DNA of 64,000 nucleotides from Hyphomicrobiaceae bacterium (GCA_013214245.1 JABSQE010000011.1:220-64219), one strand, 5' to 3'; positions 20,211 through 30,236 are shown, counted from the stretch's first letter. Numbers and translations: made by a program. Notes: generated by a model not told the origin, from the sequence alone.

Positions 20211-20390
20211 TTAGTCTTTAGGTTTTAAGATCTGCCGTCCACGATATACTCCTGTTTTCAAGTCAATGTGATGAGGACGCCGTAATTCGCCGCTGTTCTT
20301 ATCTTCAATGTAGGCAGGTTTCTTTAGAGCATCAGATGATCGACGGAAACCTCGTTTCATAGGCGAGACTTTTCTTTTAGGTACGGCCAT
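20211..20390 (-). CDS. rpmF: 50S ribosomal protein L32
   Basis: Not in the ORF track because it is 59 aa. My reverse-strand translation is [59 protein letters not shown]. The MAVPKRK.S..KR..RR start is the L32 signature. Confidence 0.9.
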   Translation of the reverse strand: MAVPKRKVSPMKRGFRRSSDALKKPAYIEDKNSGELRRPHHIDLKTGVYRGRQILKPKD

Positions 20391-21189
20391 AAGTTAGAAC
20401 TTTCTTGAAATTTGGTCTATATTTTTTAAAATTAGTAGTAACATAAAAAGAGATGAGTATATTGCATGTTACTACTATATAACCTTCAAAAGCTTTTAGT
20501 GTATTAATAATTGTATTACTTTTCATCTCGATTGGCTAGGGTATATCCAGCTAAAATTTCCTTTGTTACTTCATTTTGGCTAATTTGACTTCTTTTCAAG
20601 GTTAAGCTGCTTTTGATAGGTACAAGACCAACTGATGGATATTTTATCGAGAGACCAAACAACGCGTTAGTGATAAAGAAAGAGATTATTAAAGTGTATT
20701 TTGTAATCACACTTCAAAAAAGTAGGCTCAAAATTCAACTAAATGTTTAAATCTCTAAGTTTTCAGCCCGCATATGGAGCGCACGAAATCTATGTTTGTT
20801 TTTTTCGTATTGTAGGTTTTGATATGAATACAGGGTGAAGAAAAAATTCATGTCGGTCTAAGTGCAAAAACAACTACTCGTCTGGACTAATTAGTCTCGG
20901 CGTCAGAGACAAGGCACTTAAAATAGAATATCTAAATGGCAACAAAGCCAGTTTATATTAAAATTTGCATGTGTAATACATTTGATAGTGTTTTGGGATT
21001 ACAATTTAAACTTTTATATTCAAGATAAATTTCTTGCGAGAAGATATTTTAATTTTCGCTGCGATGCGGAATTGATATTTATTTTGTGACCACTAAAAGT
21101 ACGTTCTATATTCACACAAATTTAAATCTTAAACTATAATTGGTTCTCTTCTAGCTTGTTGACGGCATAAAGGTGTTTTTGTTATTATT

Positions 21190-21966
21190 TCATAATAAAA
21201 ATTGTTCAGACAGAATGCGCTCGTCAAGATTATGATCAGGATCAAACAGCATAATTAGATTGATATTTCTAGCTTCTTCGATGCATACTTTTACTACTGA
21301 ACTCACTTCATGATGGTCTGCGACAGCGATAACTGGCCGTTTAGTTGCTTCTAAAACATCGATTGAGATACGTGCCTTGTTCGAGAGTAGAGCCCCACGC
21401 CACCGCCGCGGTCGGAAAGGACAGAGTGGTGTAAGAGCTAATAGTGGCGCTTTTATCGGTATAATTGGTCCTTGCGCAGATAGATTGTAAGCGGTTGACC
21501 CTGCGGGCGTAGCAACTAGAATACCATCGCCTATCAATTCTGGCATGCGAACTTTATTATCCACGGATATTTTTAGCTTTGCGGCCTGATGGCATACTCG
21601 AAATAATGAGACTTCGTTGATAGCCAGGCGATGGTAAAAACGACCAATTTTATCCTCTGCGGTCATTAACAAAGGATGAATACATGTGCGCTGTGCATTA
21701 ACGAGTCGCTTAATTAAGTTATCCTCACTGTACTCGTTCATGAGAAATCCAACCGATCCGCGGTTCATTCCATAAATTGGTTTGCTCTCTTTAATATAAG
21801 CATGAAGCGTTTGTAGCATAAGGCCGTCGCCACCAAGTGCAACAATGATATCGGCTTTGTCGACAGCAGTTTGAGAGTATTTTGCAGAAAGGCGCTTGCC
21901 AGCCTCAACAGCCTCTGTGTGATCACTTGTTACAAACGCAATTTTTCTAAATTTGTTATACATCAT
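21190..21966 (-). CDS. nadK: NAD(+) kinase
   Basis: 258 aa. [13 protein letters not shown] (GGDG motif), ...LAINEVSL..., and [17 protein letters not shown]. Confidence 0.9.
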   Translation of the reverse strand: MMYNKFRKIAFVTSDHTEAVEAGKRLSAKYSQTAVDKADIIVALGGDGLMLQTLHAYIKESKPIYGMNRGSVGFLMNEYSEDNLIKRLVNAQRTCIHPLLMTAEDKIGRFYHRLAINEVSLFRVCHQAAKLKISVDNKVRMPELIGDGILVATPAGSTAYNLSAQGPIIPIKAPLLALTPLCPFRPRRWRGALLSNKARISIDVLEATKRPVIAVADHHEVSSVVKVCIEEARNINLIMLFDPDHNLDERILSEQFLL

Positions 21967-22053
21967 GTCTTGTTTCTTGAACTACTAATTATCCATCGTG
22001 TTATTTCTGTAAATATCATTATTATTTTCAAATAGAGCTGGAAGTTGACGCTA

Positions 22054-22386
22054 ATGCATAAGATTAAAACAGCAGTAATTTATACAACGTGTCCATCGCT
22101 TGAAATTGCAGAGCTTATTGCTGATGAGGTTATAAAACGAGGTTTTGGGGCCTGTGTGAATATTATACCTCATGTGATTTCGATTTATAATTGGGATTCG
22201 AAGATTCAGCGTGATCATGAGGTCGTTGCGTTGATAAAGACAGAGTCTAAAATGACGGATGAGGTAATATCAGCGGTTAAAGAATTACATCCTTACGATA
22301 TGCCTGCTATAATAACTATCCCGATTGAAGGCGGGTGTGAAACTTTTCTTCGCTGGATTACAACACAAACAGGAGCTTTCCTATAA
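22054..22386 (+). CDS. cutA: divalent-cation tolerance protein CutA
   Basis: I prefer the ATG at 22054. ...VIYTTCPSLEIAELIADEVIKRGFGACVNIIP.VISIYNWDSKIQRDHEVVALIKT...ELHPYDMPAI matches the CutA1 fold signature. Confidence 0.8.
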   Translation: MHKIKTAVIYTTCPSLEIAELIADEVIKRGFGACVNIIPHVISIYNWDSKIQRDHEVVALIKTESKMTDEVISAVKELHPYDMPAIITIPIEGGCETFLRWITTQTGAFL

Positions 22387-22840
22387 CTTTCAAATCATTA
22401 AAATAGAAATATTAGTGAGCTTACGATATGCTTATGACTACTTAAATTGCTTTGTTTTTATAAGATAATATCTCATTAATACAAAATGTTAGGCAGTTAT
22501 AAGAAAGTTTATTGTATAGCTTTGTCTTAGAAAGATCAGAGGTTCCAAAGTATTGAATTTTTGACTTTATTGGGTAGAATTTGCATTCTGCGGTATAAAC
22601 GCATATAGTTATGAGATTACAAGCATCCATCTTGCGTCTTGCTTGTGCGGTAAAAGTGCTAATTTGGCTGTAGATTGGAAAAGAAAAGCCTGCTTGATTT
22701 ATGTGCGAGGTTAAAACTCCTCTGGGCTAAAACATCGCGTCCAAAGTGGTCTTTCTTCAGCCGTGCTAAGGCTTCTAATTGGCTGTTTAAATTTTGAACA
22801 GCTATTTCGAAGTTGTGAAATTAATCAAGGAAATAGGTAT

Positions 22841-23812
22841 ATGCGTAAAGCTCTCATCAGCGTTTTCAGCGCTATAGCAAGCATGTCCATTGTATCATCA
22901 TTGTCATATGGAAGCTGTGGCGAAATCACGATGACAGAAATGGACTGGGAGTCGTCTCAAATTGTTACATCAGTGACAAAGTTTATCATAGAGCAGGGTT
23001 ATGGCTGCAAAGTTAATTTAGTTCCTTCTTCAACTGAGGCTGCGATTCTTTCATTGGTAGAAACAGATCAGCCTGACATTGCGACAGAGCTCTGGATTAA
23101 TTCAACGCCTGCATACACTAAACTTGAAGCAGAGGGAAAAGTAAAAACCGCTGCAAAAGTATTGTCTGACGGCGGTTTTGAGGCTTGGTGGATTCCTAAA
23201 TATTTGGCTAAAAAGTATCCGGAATTAAAGACTATAGAAGATGTTATGAAAAATCCTGAGCTTGTCGGCGGTAAATTTCACAACTGCCCAGCAGGATGGG
23301 TATGCCGCACAGTAAATGATAACTTGATTAAGGCACTTAAATTAAGTGACAAAATGGAAATCTTTAATCATGGCTCCGGTGAGACACTTGCTGCGTCAAT
23401 TGCCTCGGCATATGAAAATGAGAGGCCTTGGTTTGGTTACTTTTGGGCACCAACTGCGATTCTCGGTAAGTACCCTATGATTGAGATCAGCGTGGGTCCC
23501 TATAAGGACGAAATTCATAGATGTAATACTAGGGGTGAAAAGTGTGAAACACCTGGCGTATCCGCCTTTCCAAGCAGCGTTGTTGTTACAGCAGTAACGA
23601 AGGCTTTTGCTGATAAAAATCCACCACTCTACAAATTGCTTCAGAACGTGTCTTTTACAAACGCTCAAATGGGAGAAGTTTTAACCTGGAAAGAGGAAAA
23701 TAACGCTACCTCTAATGAAGCGGCTGTGTATTTCATTAGAAAGTATAAAAGTGTTTGGGGTACATGGCTAAACAAAGACGCCAGAAGTAAGCTTTCTATG
23801 CTTTTGAAATAA
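22841..23812 (+). CDS. proX: glycine betaine/proline-betaine type ABC transporter, periplasmic substrate-binding protein
   Basis: ATG at 22841 gives the signal peptide MRKALISVFSAIASMSIVSSLSYG. An OpuAC-like body (...MTEMDWESSQIV..., WINSTPAY, PWFGYFWAPTAILGKY) directly precedes the permease and ATPase genes. Confidence 0.75.
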   Translation: MRKALISVFSAIASMSIVSSLSYGSCGEITMTEMDWESSQIVTSVTKFIIEQGYGCKVNLVPSSTEAAILSLVETDQPDIATELWINSTPAYTKLEAEGKVKTAAKVLSDGGFEAWWIPKYLAKKYPELKTIEDVMKNPELVGGKFHNCPAGWVCRTVNDNLIKALKLSDKMEIFNHGSGETLAASIASAYENERPWFGYFWAPTAILGKYPMIEISVGPYKDEIHRCNTRGEKCETPGVSAFPSSVVVTAVTKAFADKNPPLYKLLQNVSFTNAQMGEVLTWKEENNATSNEAAVYFIRKYKSVWGTWLNKDARSKLSMLLK

Positions 23813-23827
23813 GCTAGTTTACATTTT

Positions 23828-23845
23828 GATACGGTAGGGCGTATC
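23828..23845 (+). promoter_or_regulatory. intercistronic hairpin between proX and proW
   Basis: GATACG-GTAGGG-CGTATC, a 6-bp stem 16 nt after the proX stop. There is no clear T-run, so at most a partial terminator or mRNA-stability element. Confidence 0.25.
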
Positions 23846-23957
23846 GATTTGGTTCTCTGTACCTAATAGATTTATTCATACTTTAGGCGAGAGGTTTGCG
23901 AATTAAAGATAAGTTATAATTTACAACCGGAGAAATAAATGGAGAGATTATTAAATA

Positions 23958-24992
23958 ATGGGTGCTTATAACGGCTTGTTTGACACGCTTGGCCTGCGTG
24001 AGTGGTGTGATGAAGAAAAAATCAAGAGCGTGGCAAACATGGCTGATCTTTTGGCACAAGTTCGGGGTGGAGCAGATGTTGCTAAGTCCTGGTGGGATAT
24101 ATCGTTCCCTTCTCTTAATGTCCTTAATGAATCTTGCAAAGCAATTCCGCGAACACGTGATGTAACAGGTGGTGTTGAACAAGGATTTCTTATCATCAAA
24201 GATGATCTTAAATTTATTCTTGACCCAATAACTCAACCACTTAGTTGGCTGTTGGAAGGCTCACTTTATACATTCACCAACATGCCATGGTGGGTTCTTA
24301 TACCGCTTATACTAGCTGCTGTTTTCTATACTTCAAGATCCTGGTCAATAGTATCCTTTGTTGGCACCTGTTTTATCTTCTTTGCATTTATTGATCATTT
24401 CACTTACGCCATTCAGACACTTTCAATCATATTTGTGTGTACAGGTTTATGTGTAATGATAGGAGTTCCAATAGGAGTTGGAATGTCAAAAAGCAACCGC
24501 TTTCGGCGTTTCATCACGCCAGTATTGGATATGTTGCAAACATTGCCATCATTTGTTTACCTAATACCGCTTATTTTTTTATTTTCAGCAACGGAGCCTA
24601 AACTTTATGGCATCGCCATTATTATGTACGCGATTGTGCCAGTGATACGTCTAACTGACCTAGGTGTGCGTCTGGTTGAGAAAGATGTGATTGAGGCGGC
24701 TGATGCCTTTGGTATGACAGCACGTCAAAAATTGTTTGGTGTTGAAATACCTCTCGCTCTGCCTAACATCATGGCGGGTATCAATCAAACTATTATGATG
24801 GCGTTAGCTATGGTCGTTATTGCTTCTCTAGTTTCTGCGCCCGGGTTGGGCGTGTTAGTATTACGTGGGATACGCAGTCTAGACCTTGGCGTGGGTTTGA
24901 TATCTGGCCTGTGCATTGTCTTACTAGCTGTAATTCTCGATAGGGTTAGCAAAGCAACTTTAGCCCGCATGAACGTTGCTAAAGACTATTGA
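23958..24992 (+). CDS. proW: glycine betaine/proline-betaine ABC transporter permease
   Basis: 344 aa with an N-terminal soluble extension followed by about 6 TM segments. EAA-like loop ...VIEAADAFGMTARQKLFGVEIPLALPNIMAGINQ. Confidence 0.85.
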   Translation: MGAYNGLFDTLGLREWCDEEKIKSVANMADLLAQVRGGADVAKSWWDISFPSLNVLNESCKAIPRTRDVTGGVEQGFLIIKDDLKFILDPITQPLSWLLEGSLYTFTNMPWWVLIPLILAAVFYTSRSWSIVSFVGTCFIFFAFIDHFTYAIQTLSIIFVCTGLCVMIGVPIGVGMSKSNRFRRFITPVLDMLQTLPSFVYLIPLIFLFSATEPKLYGIAIIMYAIVPVIRLTDLGVRLVEKDVIEAADAFGMTARQKLFGVEIPLALPNIMAGINQTIMMALAMVVIASLVSAPGLGVLVLRGIRSLDLGVGLISGLCIVLLAVILDRVSKATLARMNVAKDY

Positions 24993-25003
24993 GGATAGAC
25001 CGA

Positions 25004-26068
25004 ATGTCAAAAGAAAAAATAATTTCAGTCCGCAATCTTTATAAAATTTTTGGTGTCGATCCAGAGTCTGTTTTAAAACTAGCTCAAAATGGTATCGAAA
25101 AATCTATAATGCTTGAGCAGAACAGCCATGTCATAGGCCTTCGAAATATTAACGTCGATATAGCTGAGGGTGAGATTACAGTTATCATGGGCTTGTCTGG
25201 ATCTGGTAAATCCACATTAATTCGTCACTTGAACCGTCTTATCGACCCAACGGCAGGAGAAATCTTGCTAGAGGGTGTTGATATAATGTCATTTTCAAAG
25301 GATGAGCTTCGTCAGTTGAGAACATCTCAAATGTCCATGGTCTTCCAAAAATTTGCTCTTTTACCGCATCGCAATGTTATAGAGAATGCAGGTATTGCCT
25401 TGCAAATTCGAGGCTTTGATTCAGCTCTCACAGAGCGCCATGCACGTCAGTGGCTGGAACGAGTGGGCCTTGCTGGTTTTGAAAATCGATATCCACACCA
25501 GTTGTCCGGTGGTATGCAACAAAGAGTTGGAATTGCTCGTGCCTTAACTTCAAACGCGCCCATTATGTTAATGGACGAGGCCTTCTCAGCACTTGACCCA
25601 TTAATTCGCACTAATATGCAGGATCTTCTACTAGAATTGCAAAACGATGTACGTAAAACTATGGTGTTTATCACTCATGATCTTGATGAAGCTTTAAAGC
25701 TTGCTGATCATCTTGTTATTCTAAAAGATGGAGATATAGTTCAGCAGGGTGAGCCGCAGCACATACTACTAAATCCAAGTGATCCATATATAGAAGACTT
25801 TGTAAGCGACATAAACCGTGCACGCGTGCTGCGCGTTCGGTCTATAATGTCACCTTTGAATGAAAACCTGCCATTAACTTCAGGTGAGATTGACCATAAT
25901 GATACGCTTGAAAATGTCATAAGTATTTCAGGAGGTGATACAACATTTACTTACACGGTAATGCAACATGGCCGTCCCGTTGGTCTTTTAAAGATGAAAG
26001 ATTTATTGAAGGCTTTGGTGCCGCGTACAGTTTCCGACCCTGGAATGGACAATGATTTAATGCGCTGA
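25004..26068 (+). CDS. proV: glycine betaine/proline-betaine ABC transporter ATP-binding protein with C-terminal CBS-like region
   Basis: ATG at 25004. Walker A GLSGSGKST, signature LSGGMQQRVGIARAL, Walker B IMLMDEAFSALD, and the ProV-typical LNPSDPYIEDFV. Confidence 0.9.
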   Translation: MSKEKIISVRNLYKIFGVDPESVLKLAQNGIEKSIMLEQNSHVIGLRNINVDIAEGEITVIMGLSGSGKSTLIRHLNRLIDPTAGEILLEGVDIMSFSKDELRQLRTSQMSMVFQKFALLPHRNVIENAGIALQIRGFDSALTERHARQWLERVGLAGFENRYPHQLSGGMQQRVGIARALTSNAPIMLMDEAFSALDPLIRTNMQDLLLELQNDVRKTMVFITHDLDEALKLADHLVILKDGDIVQQGEPQHILLNPSDPYIEDFVSDINRARVLRVRSIMSPLNENLPLTSGEIDHNDTLENVISISGGDTTFTYTVMQHGRPVGLLKMKDLLKALVPRTVSDPGMDNDLMR

Positions 26069-26071
26069 AGT

Positions 26072-28981
26072 TCATTTTGCAACTACTATATCATTGGTAA
26101 CTGCAGAACTACCCTCGCATTGATACTTTCCAGGGTCATTCTCTTTAGAATATACTATAGGGCTAAATTTTGAAGATGCTTTCATTCGCAAATCTTCTAA
26201 GTCTCGTGCCACTAAACTTTTGCGCACAACTCTACAGGATCTATCATAAAGTTTTTTAAGAAACAAATAAGCTATGTCAGTATTCCTTAAGCGATCATCA
26301 TTAATCTGGTGAACTATACTTTTTGCAACAAAAAATTCTTTTGTATTATCGTTACAAGCGATTTCACCCAATATCTCAGCTCGTTTCTTTGCAAGCTTAC
26401 GTAATGTATACTCTTTACAACTTTCTACAACATTATTTGAAGGTATTAGCTTATTAACTAGTATCGAGCTCACCTCAAGTAAAGGTCGCAATCGTTGTCT
26501 TACTTGATAGGCAGCAGCTTTTACGCGTTTGGCACCGGGTATGTTGTGATGCTTCATTTTTTGTGACAGAACATTTAAATCGACAATTGTATTTCGTAAT
26601 GCTTTTTTTGTCTGATAATTAGACCTATTCATTAGGAGAGATTCAGTATCAGGTAGTAGTCTTTTTGTAGTCTGGCCCAGTTGTGTTCGCCAAATTTGCG
26701 CTTGTCTTAAATCTGCTCCTTGCAGACTTACATAGCGGAGGTTTGCTCCCTCTAAGTTTGCTGAGTTAAAATTAGCTCCTTGTAGTCTTGCAAGGTAAAG
26801 GTCTGCACCTTGTAATTTAGCGGAGTAAAGATTAGCACCTTGCAGGTCTGCAGATCTAAGATTAGCGCCTTGTAGTCTCACCAAAGACAAATTTGTTCCT
26901 AGCAGCCTTGCTAATGTAAGGTTAACGCCGAGAAGTCTAGCAGCGTGAAGGTTAGCACCTTGCAATTTTGCGGATCGTAGGTTAGCGCCTTCTAATCTTG
27001 CAGAGTGTAGATTAGAACCCTGTAATTTAGCGGAGTAAAGATTAGCACCTTGTAAGTTAGCAAAAAATAGATTGGCACCCTGCAAGTCTGCGGAGCGGAG
27101 ATTAGCGCTTGTTAAATTTGTAAGAGATAGGTTTGCTCCCTGCAGATTTACTGAACTTAGGTTTGTATGTTTCAGATTTGCAGAGCGAATGTTAGAACCT
27201 TTGAGATTTGCTGAACTGAAGGTAGCACCCTGTAAATTCGCAAACCGAAAGTTTACATCATAAAGTTTTGAAGACTTAAAGTTTGCGTTCATGAGATCCG
27301 CTTTGCTAAAATCGGTGTGACGTAAGTCAGAGAACTCAAATTTTGAACTTTTAAGGCTACTTTCTACAAAAAGGCTGAATTGAAGATGAGAATGGCTAAA
27401 ATCAATCCATTTCAGATCGGACCTGCTGAAATCTGCGTACTTCAAATCACGATTTCTTAAAGCGTGAATAAATTCGTTCTCCCCAGGATCTTTATCATTA
27501 ATGATATTTTGATCTACAATCTGAAGATTACGATTTACAGTAAACCAATGTGGCCACCAACACCGGTTCTGTAAATGTAATGAAGGCTCATGAATTAGTG
27601 CAGTAAGAAAAAATATGCTTCGCTGTTTGTTCTTAGAGTTTTGATAACAATCTGTATGCAAAAAGTGCACAGGTATTAGAGATCCCATATTTCTGTCAGT
27701 CCAGCCATCCGGCACGTTGGCTGTGAATGTCAAAAGTATGAGAAAGCTGTGGCCTAGAGAACCAGTCCAAAAAATATTTCTCGAGAAATTTAAGGGTAAT
27801 ATGATACTACTAATGAATATCTTAGCCAGAGTTTTTACAAAGTTCAAAAAACAAAAATACGCACTTGCTAGTGTAGTCAAAATTGAGTTGCTATATCCTT
27901 TCCAGATAATACATGCGAAAAAAGGGATACTAGACAAATGCAATAAAATATTACTGAAAATTTGAGATATACTTCCGGTATACTTCGAAAACTTTGTACA
28001 GATTTGTGAGCCACTATCTGTAATGTGGTCAAAGTGCACTGCTATTTCGCTGAAGGATAAGGTAAACTCTCGTAGTACCTTAGCTTGAAGTTTCAAAAAG
28101 CGGGAAAAGGTAGGACTAAGGTTTTGTGCTATCAATCGGGCTAAACGGATAGTAAGTTGCCTAATGAAGTTATAGTTGCGGTTTATAAAACTTATAAATA
28201 AGAGCCCTAACAAGACTTGTCTGCTAAGTTGGCATTTGTTTTTGTAATGATTTATAGTTTTGGTGAAAAGCCACAACTTACCGTTAAATAAGTTTAAATC
28301 GCGGCCAAATCCTCGATTAACCCATATTAATGTGATTATCGAACCGCTTATAACATGACATCGATGCCACCATGTCAAAGCTTCGCTGTGGTATGGCAAA
28401 AAACGAACCTGAAAAATGTATAGTAGAGATAATGGCGCCAGTATAAATGCCGCAAAAACAATCAAACGGAAGGAAAATAAAATTGCATCACGTTTATTAC
28501 GACGACCAACAATAGCCTGGGTGAAAAAATAGGAATGAATTTCATCTCGTAAGTCTATACTTCCGTGCTGTGTCGTTTCTGAAGGCAGTTTGTGATCAAG
28601 GATCAAAAGTTTATAATAAAGCATCTGATGTTGCAGTAATATTCCGAACAAAAAAAGTAGAAGCACAGAGGGCCCAAAGAAGAAAAAACTTGTTAATGGA
28701 ATTTCGACGTTAATGAACGGTAACTTTACTGGCTCGCTTAAAAGTAAGTTCTTGTGGGTCAAATTGGATAAAATTATTGTGAAATAGGCTAGTATGAATA
28801 GATATACTAACAGGGTATTACGCGCAGCTCTGCTTGCATCGTTGAGTGAATCGATAAATCTGTGCAGACTTGTTCCGTTTGTATTGGTCGATTTGTAAGT
28901 CCAGGTACTTCGAAAAGTACTGCGGGACGGCCAATATCTTAATGGCAGCATATTAACACCTTCGTTGAAATAGCTTACCAT
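26072..28981 (-). CDS. large membrane-anchored pentapeptide-repeat protein (N-terminal polytopic domain, about 51 pentapeptide units, basic C-terminal domain)
   Basis: 969-aa uninterrupted ORF. Aa 1-500 contain at least 8 hydrophobic spans (for example LLVYLFILAYFTIILSNL, FFFFGPSVLLLFLFGILL, LIVFAAFILAPLSLLYIF). Aa 509-763 are uninterrupted A(D/N)LxG-type pentads (ANLQGANLYSAKLQGSNLHSARLEGANLRS...). The start is uncertain; an alternative ATG is at 28951. Confidence 0.8.
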   Translation of the reverse strand: MVSYFNEGVNMLPLRYWPSRSTFRSTWTYKSTNTNGTSLHRFIDSLNDASRAARNTLLVYLFILAYFTIILSNLTHKNLLLSEPVKLPFINVEIPLTSFFFFGPSVLLLFLFGILLQHQMLYYKLLILDHKLPSETTQHGSIDLRDEIHSYFFTQAIVGRRNKRDAILFSFRLIVFAAFILAPLSLLYIFQVRFLPYHSEALTWWHRCHVISGSIITLIWVNRGFGRDLNLFNGKLWLFTKTINHYKNKCQLSRQVLLGLLFISFINRNYNFIRQLTIRLARLIAQNLSPTFSRFLKLQAKVLREFTLSFSEIAVHFDHITDSGSQICTKFSKYTGSISQIFSNILLHLSSIPFFACIIWKGYSNSILTTLASAYFCFLNFVKTLAKIFISSIILPLNFSRNIFWTGSLGHSFLILLTFTANVPDGWTDRNMGSLIPVHFLHTDCYQNSKNKQRSIFFLTALIHEPSLHLQNRCWWPHWFTVNRNLQIVDQNIINDKDPGENEFIHALRNRDLKYADFSRSDLKWIDFSHSHLQFSLFVESSLKSSKFEFSDLRHTDFSKADLMNANFKSSKLYDVNFRFANLQGATFSSANLKGSNIRSANLKHTNLSSVNLQGANLSLTNLTSANLRSADLQGANLFFANLQGANLYSAKLQGSNLHSARLEGANLRSAKLQGANLHAARLLGVNLTLARLLGTNLSLVRLQGANLRSADLQGANLYSAKLQGADLYLARLQGANFNSANLEGANLRYVSLQGADLRQAQIWRTQLGQTTKRLLPDTESLLMNRSNYQTKKALRNTIVDLNVLSQKMKHHNIPGAKRVKAAAYQVRQRLRPLLEVSSILVNKLIPSNNVVESCKEYTLRKLAKKRAEILGEIACNDNTKEFFVAKSIVHQINDDRLRNTDIAYLFLKKLYDRSCRVVRKSLVARDLEDLRMKASSKFSPIVYSKENDPGKYQCEGSSAVTNDIVVAK
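26693..27457 (-). repeat. coding tandem repeat, 15-nt period (pentapeptide-repeat array)
   Basis: About 51 consecutive 5-codon units. Includes an exact 32-nt direct repeat TGTAATTTAGCGGAGTAAAGATTAGCACCTTG at 26811-26842 and 27021-27052, 210 bp apart. Confidence 0.9.
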
Positions 28982-30023
28982 CGATAATCTGCAAGTCGGT
29001 TATATGTCAAGGTGCCGTGCTGCCCCTGGTGTTTCTAAGTGTTTAAATTAGATCTATTGCGCATGAATATTTCTTAAAAAAACTTTGCTTTTGTAGGCTA
29101 ATAGCTGGGAGCAAGAATTATACAAGAAGCCCATATGATTTGGTGATTATATCAATAGACTAAATGAACTTAAATATATAACCTTACATACAACTTGTAT
29201 TAATTTTATATATTTTCTTTTGCAAATTGCGAGGCGATAATTAATTATGTATTTTATATTAATGATGGATGTATGTTTATCCCAGGCTAGTTTCAAGACT
29301 TTGCGGAGGACGACACTACTTTCTTATTTAGACTTAAAAATGAAATATCAAGTTTCACTTGCTAATACTGGAGACCATAGCACCGCGTGTGTTCAATTAA
29401 AAATTTGAAATAAAAGGTTTTATAATAGATTTAGTTATAAGCAGATGTTTTTAAAATAGTTTTCAAACCGCATGATTATTGCAGTAAAGACTGAAGAATG
29501 ATATTTTACAAAAACATTTAATAATTAAACGGAAGCGCTCTTAAAAGTTTATGGACTTTAAAAATTAGAATAATTTTAGATGCGATTTTATTTCTCATGT
29601 CTGTAGTTGTAAGAAAAAAATTATTGTGACTTTTTGATATTTTATTATTTAAGGCTGACAAGAGTTATCAAAATTTCCAGCTGTTTACAACATTACACAC
29701 TTGTAGATCTTGCTATTAAAGGGATAAAATTAAGATCGCTTGTAAGGTAGTCAGTCATGCCTTTACTGGATCTACAATGCCAGTTATATTGAAAAATTTA
29801 GTTTATTACAATGAAAAGCTGACTTTAGGCGTTATGATACTGTCGCGCTTTAAAATCTAAAAGCTGTTCAGTAAGTAATACCACAACGCTTGCTTTATGT
29901 GTCAAAATATTACAACTAGACGTGAATTTAGGAAAACCGACAATTACACAGATGTTATAGTTTACTCTCCAATAGGCGCGAGTCTCAGAGTTGTAGGCTT
30001 ATTTACAGTTCGCTTTACAATAG

Positions 30024-30236
30024 TTTCTTTGTAAAGACATAGCTGACGCCACGACTTTACGTTTACTATATTGGGTTCTCCAACATGAATTACGATTGCT
30101 TTCGCTAATTAATACAGTAGTGGTATTTGAAAGTATCATTTATGACGACCTGACTGCAGAAACGGCTATTAAAACTATCCAAAACGGTGCTGAAGCGTTT
30201 GTTAATGTTGCCAACGACCTATTTGCATTTATATGA
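30024..30236 (+). pseudogene. possible relic of a carbon-nitrogen hydrolase / Lnt-like gene
   Basis: A 70-codon open frame with no ATG start. It ends ...VVVFESIIYDDLTAETAIKTIQNGAEAFVNVANDLFAFI*, which resembles the (I)CYE...GA..LVN(V/L)(T/S)NDAWF block of CN-hydrolase/apolipoprotein N-acyltransferase domains. The match is weak and short. Confidence 0.2.

Noticed and set aside
23883-24236. Minus-strand ORFs (23883-24236, 23966-24199) and the plus-strand alternate frame (23962-24165) at the proW 5' end.
   Set aside because: They overlap the ProW N-terminal extension, whose frame continues into the unmistakable permease core. The alternates have no support.
26693-27457. Strong short-period repetition that might have been a CRISPR array or a non-coding satellite.
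   Set aside because: The period is 15 nt with no unique spacers. The whole region is one uninterrupted reading frame encoding pentapeptide repeats.
30210-30236. GCC AAC GAC CTA TTT GCA TTT ATA TGA encodes A-N-D-L-F-A-F-I-stop, which starts like the alphaproteobacterial tmRNA tag peptide 'ANDN...'.
   Set aside because: There is no tRNA-like domain nearby: no GGTTCGA-type T-arm, no acceptor stem ending in CCA, and no pseudoknot-like GC helices. The peptide does not end in the usual ...(L/V)AA. The frame continues upstream as a protein-like CN-hydrolase block. I treat it as coincidence within a probable pseudogene.
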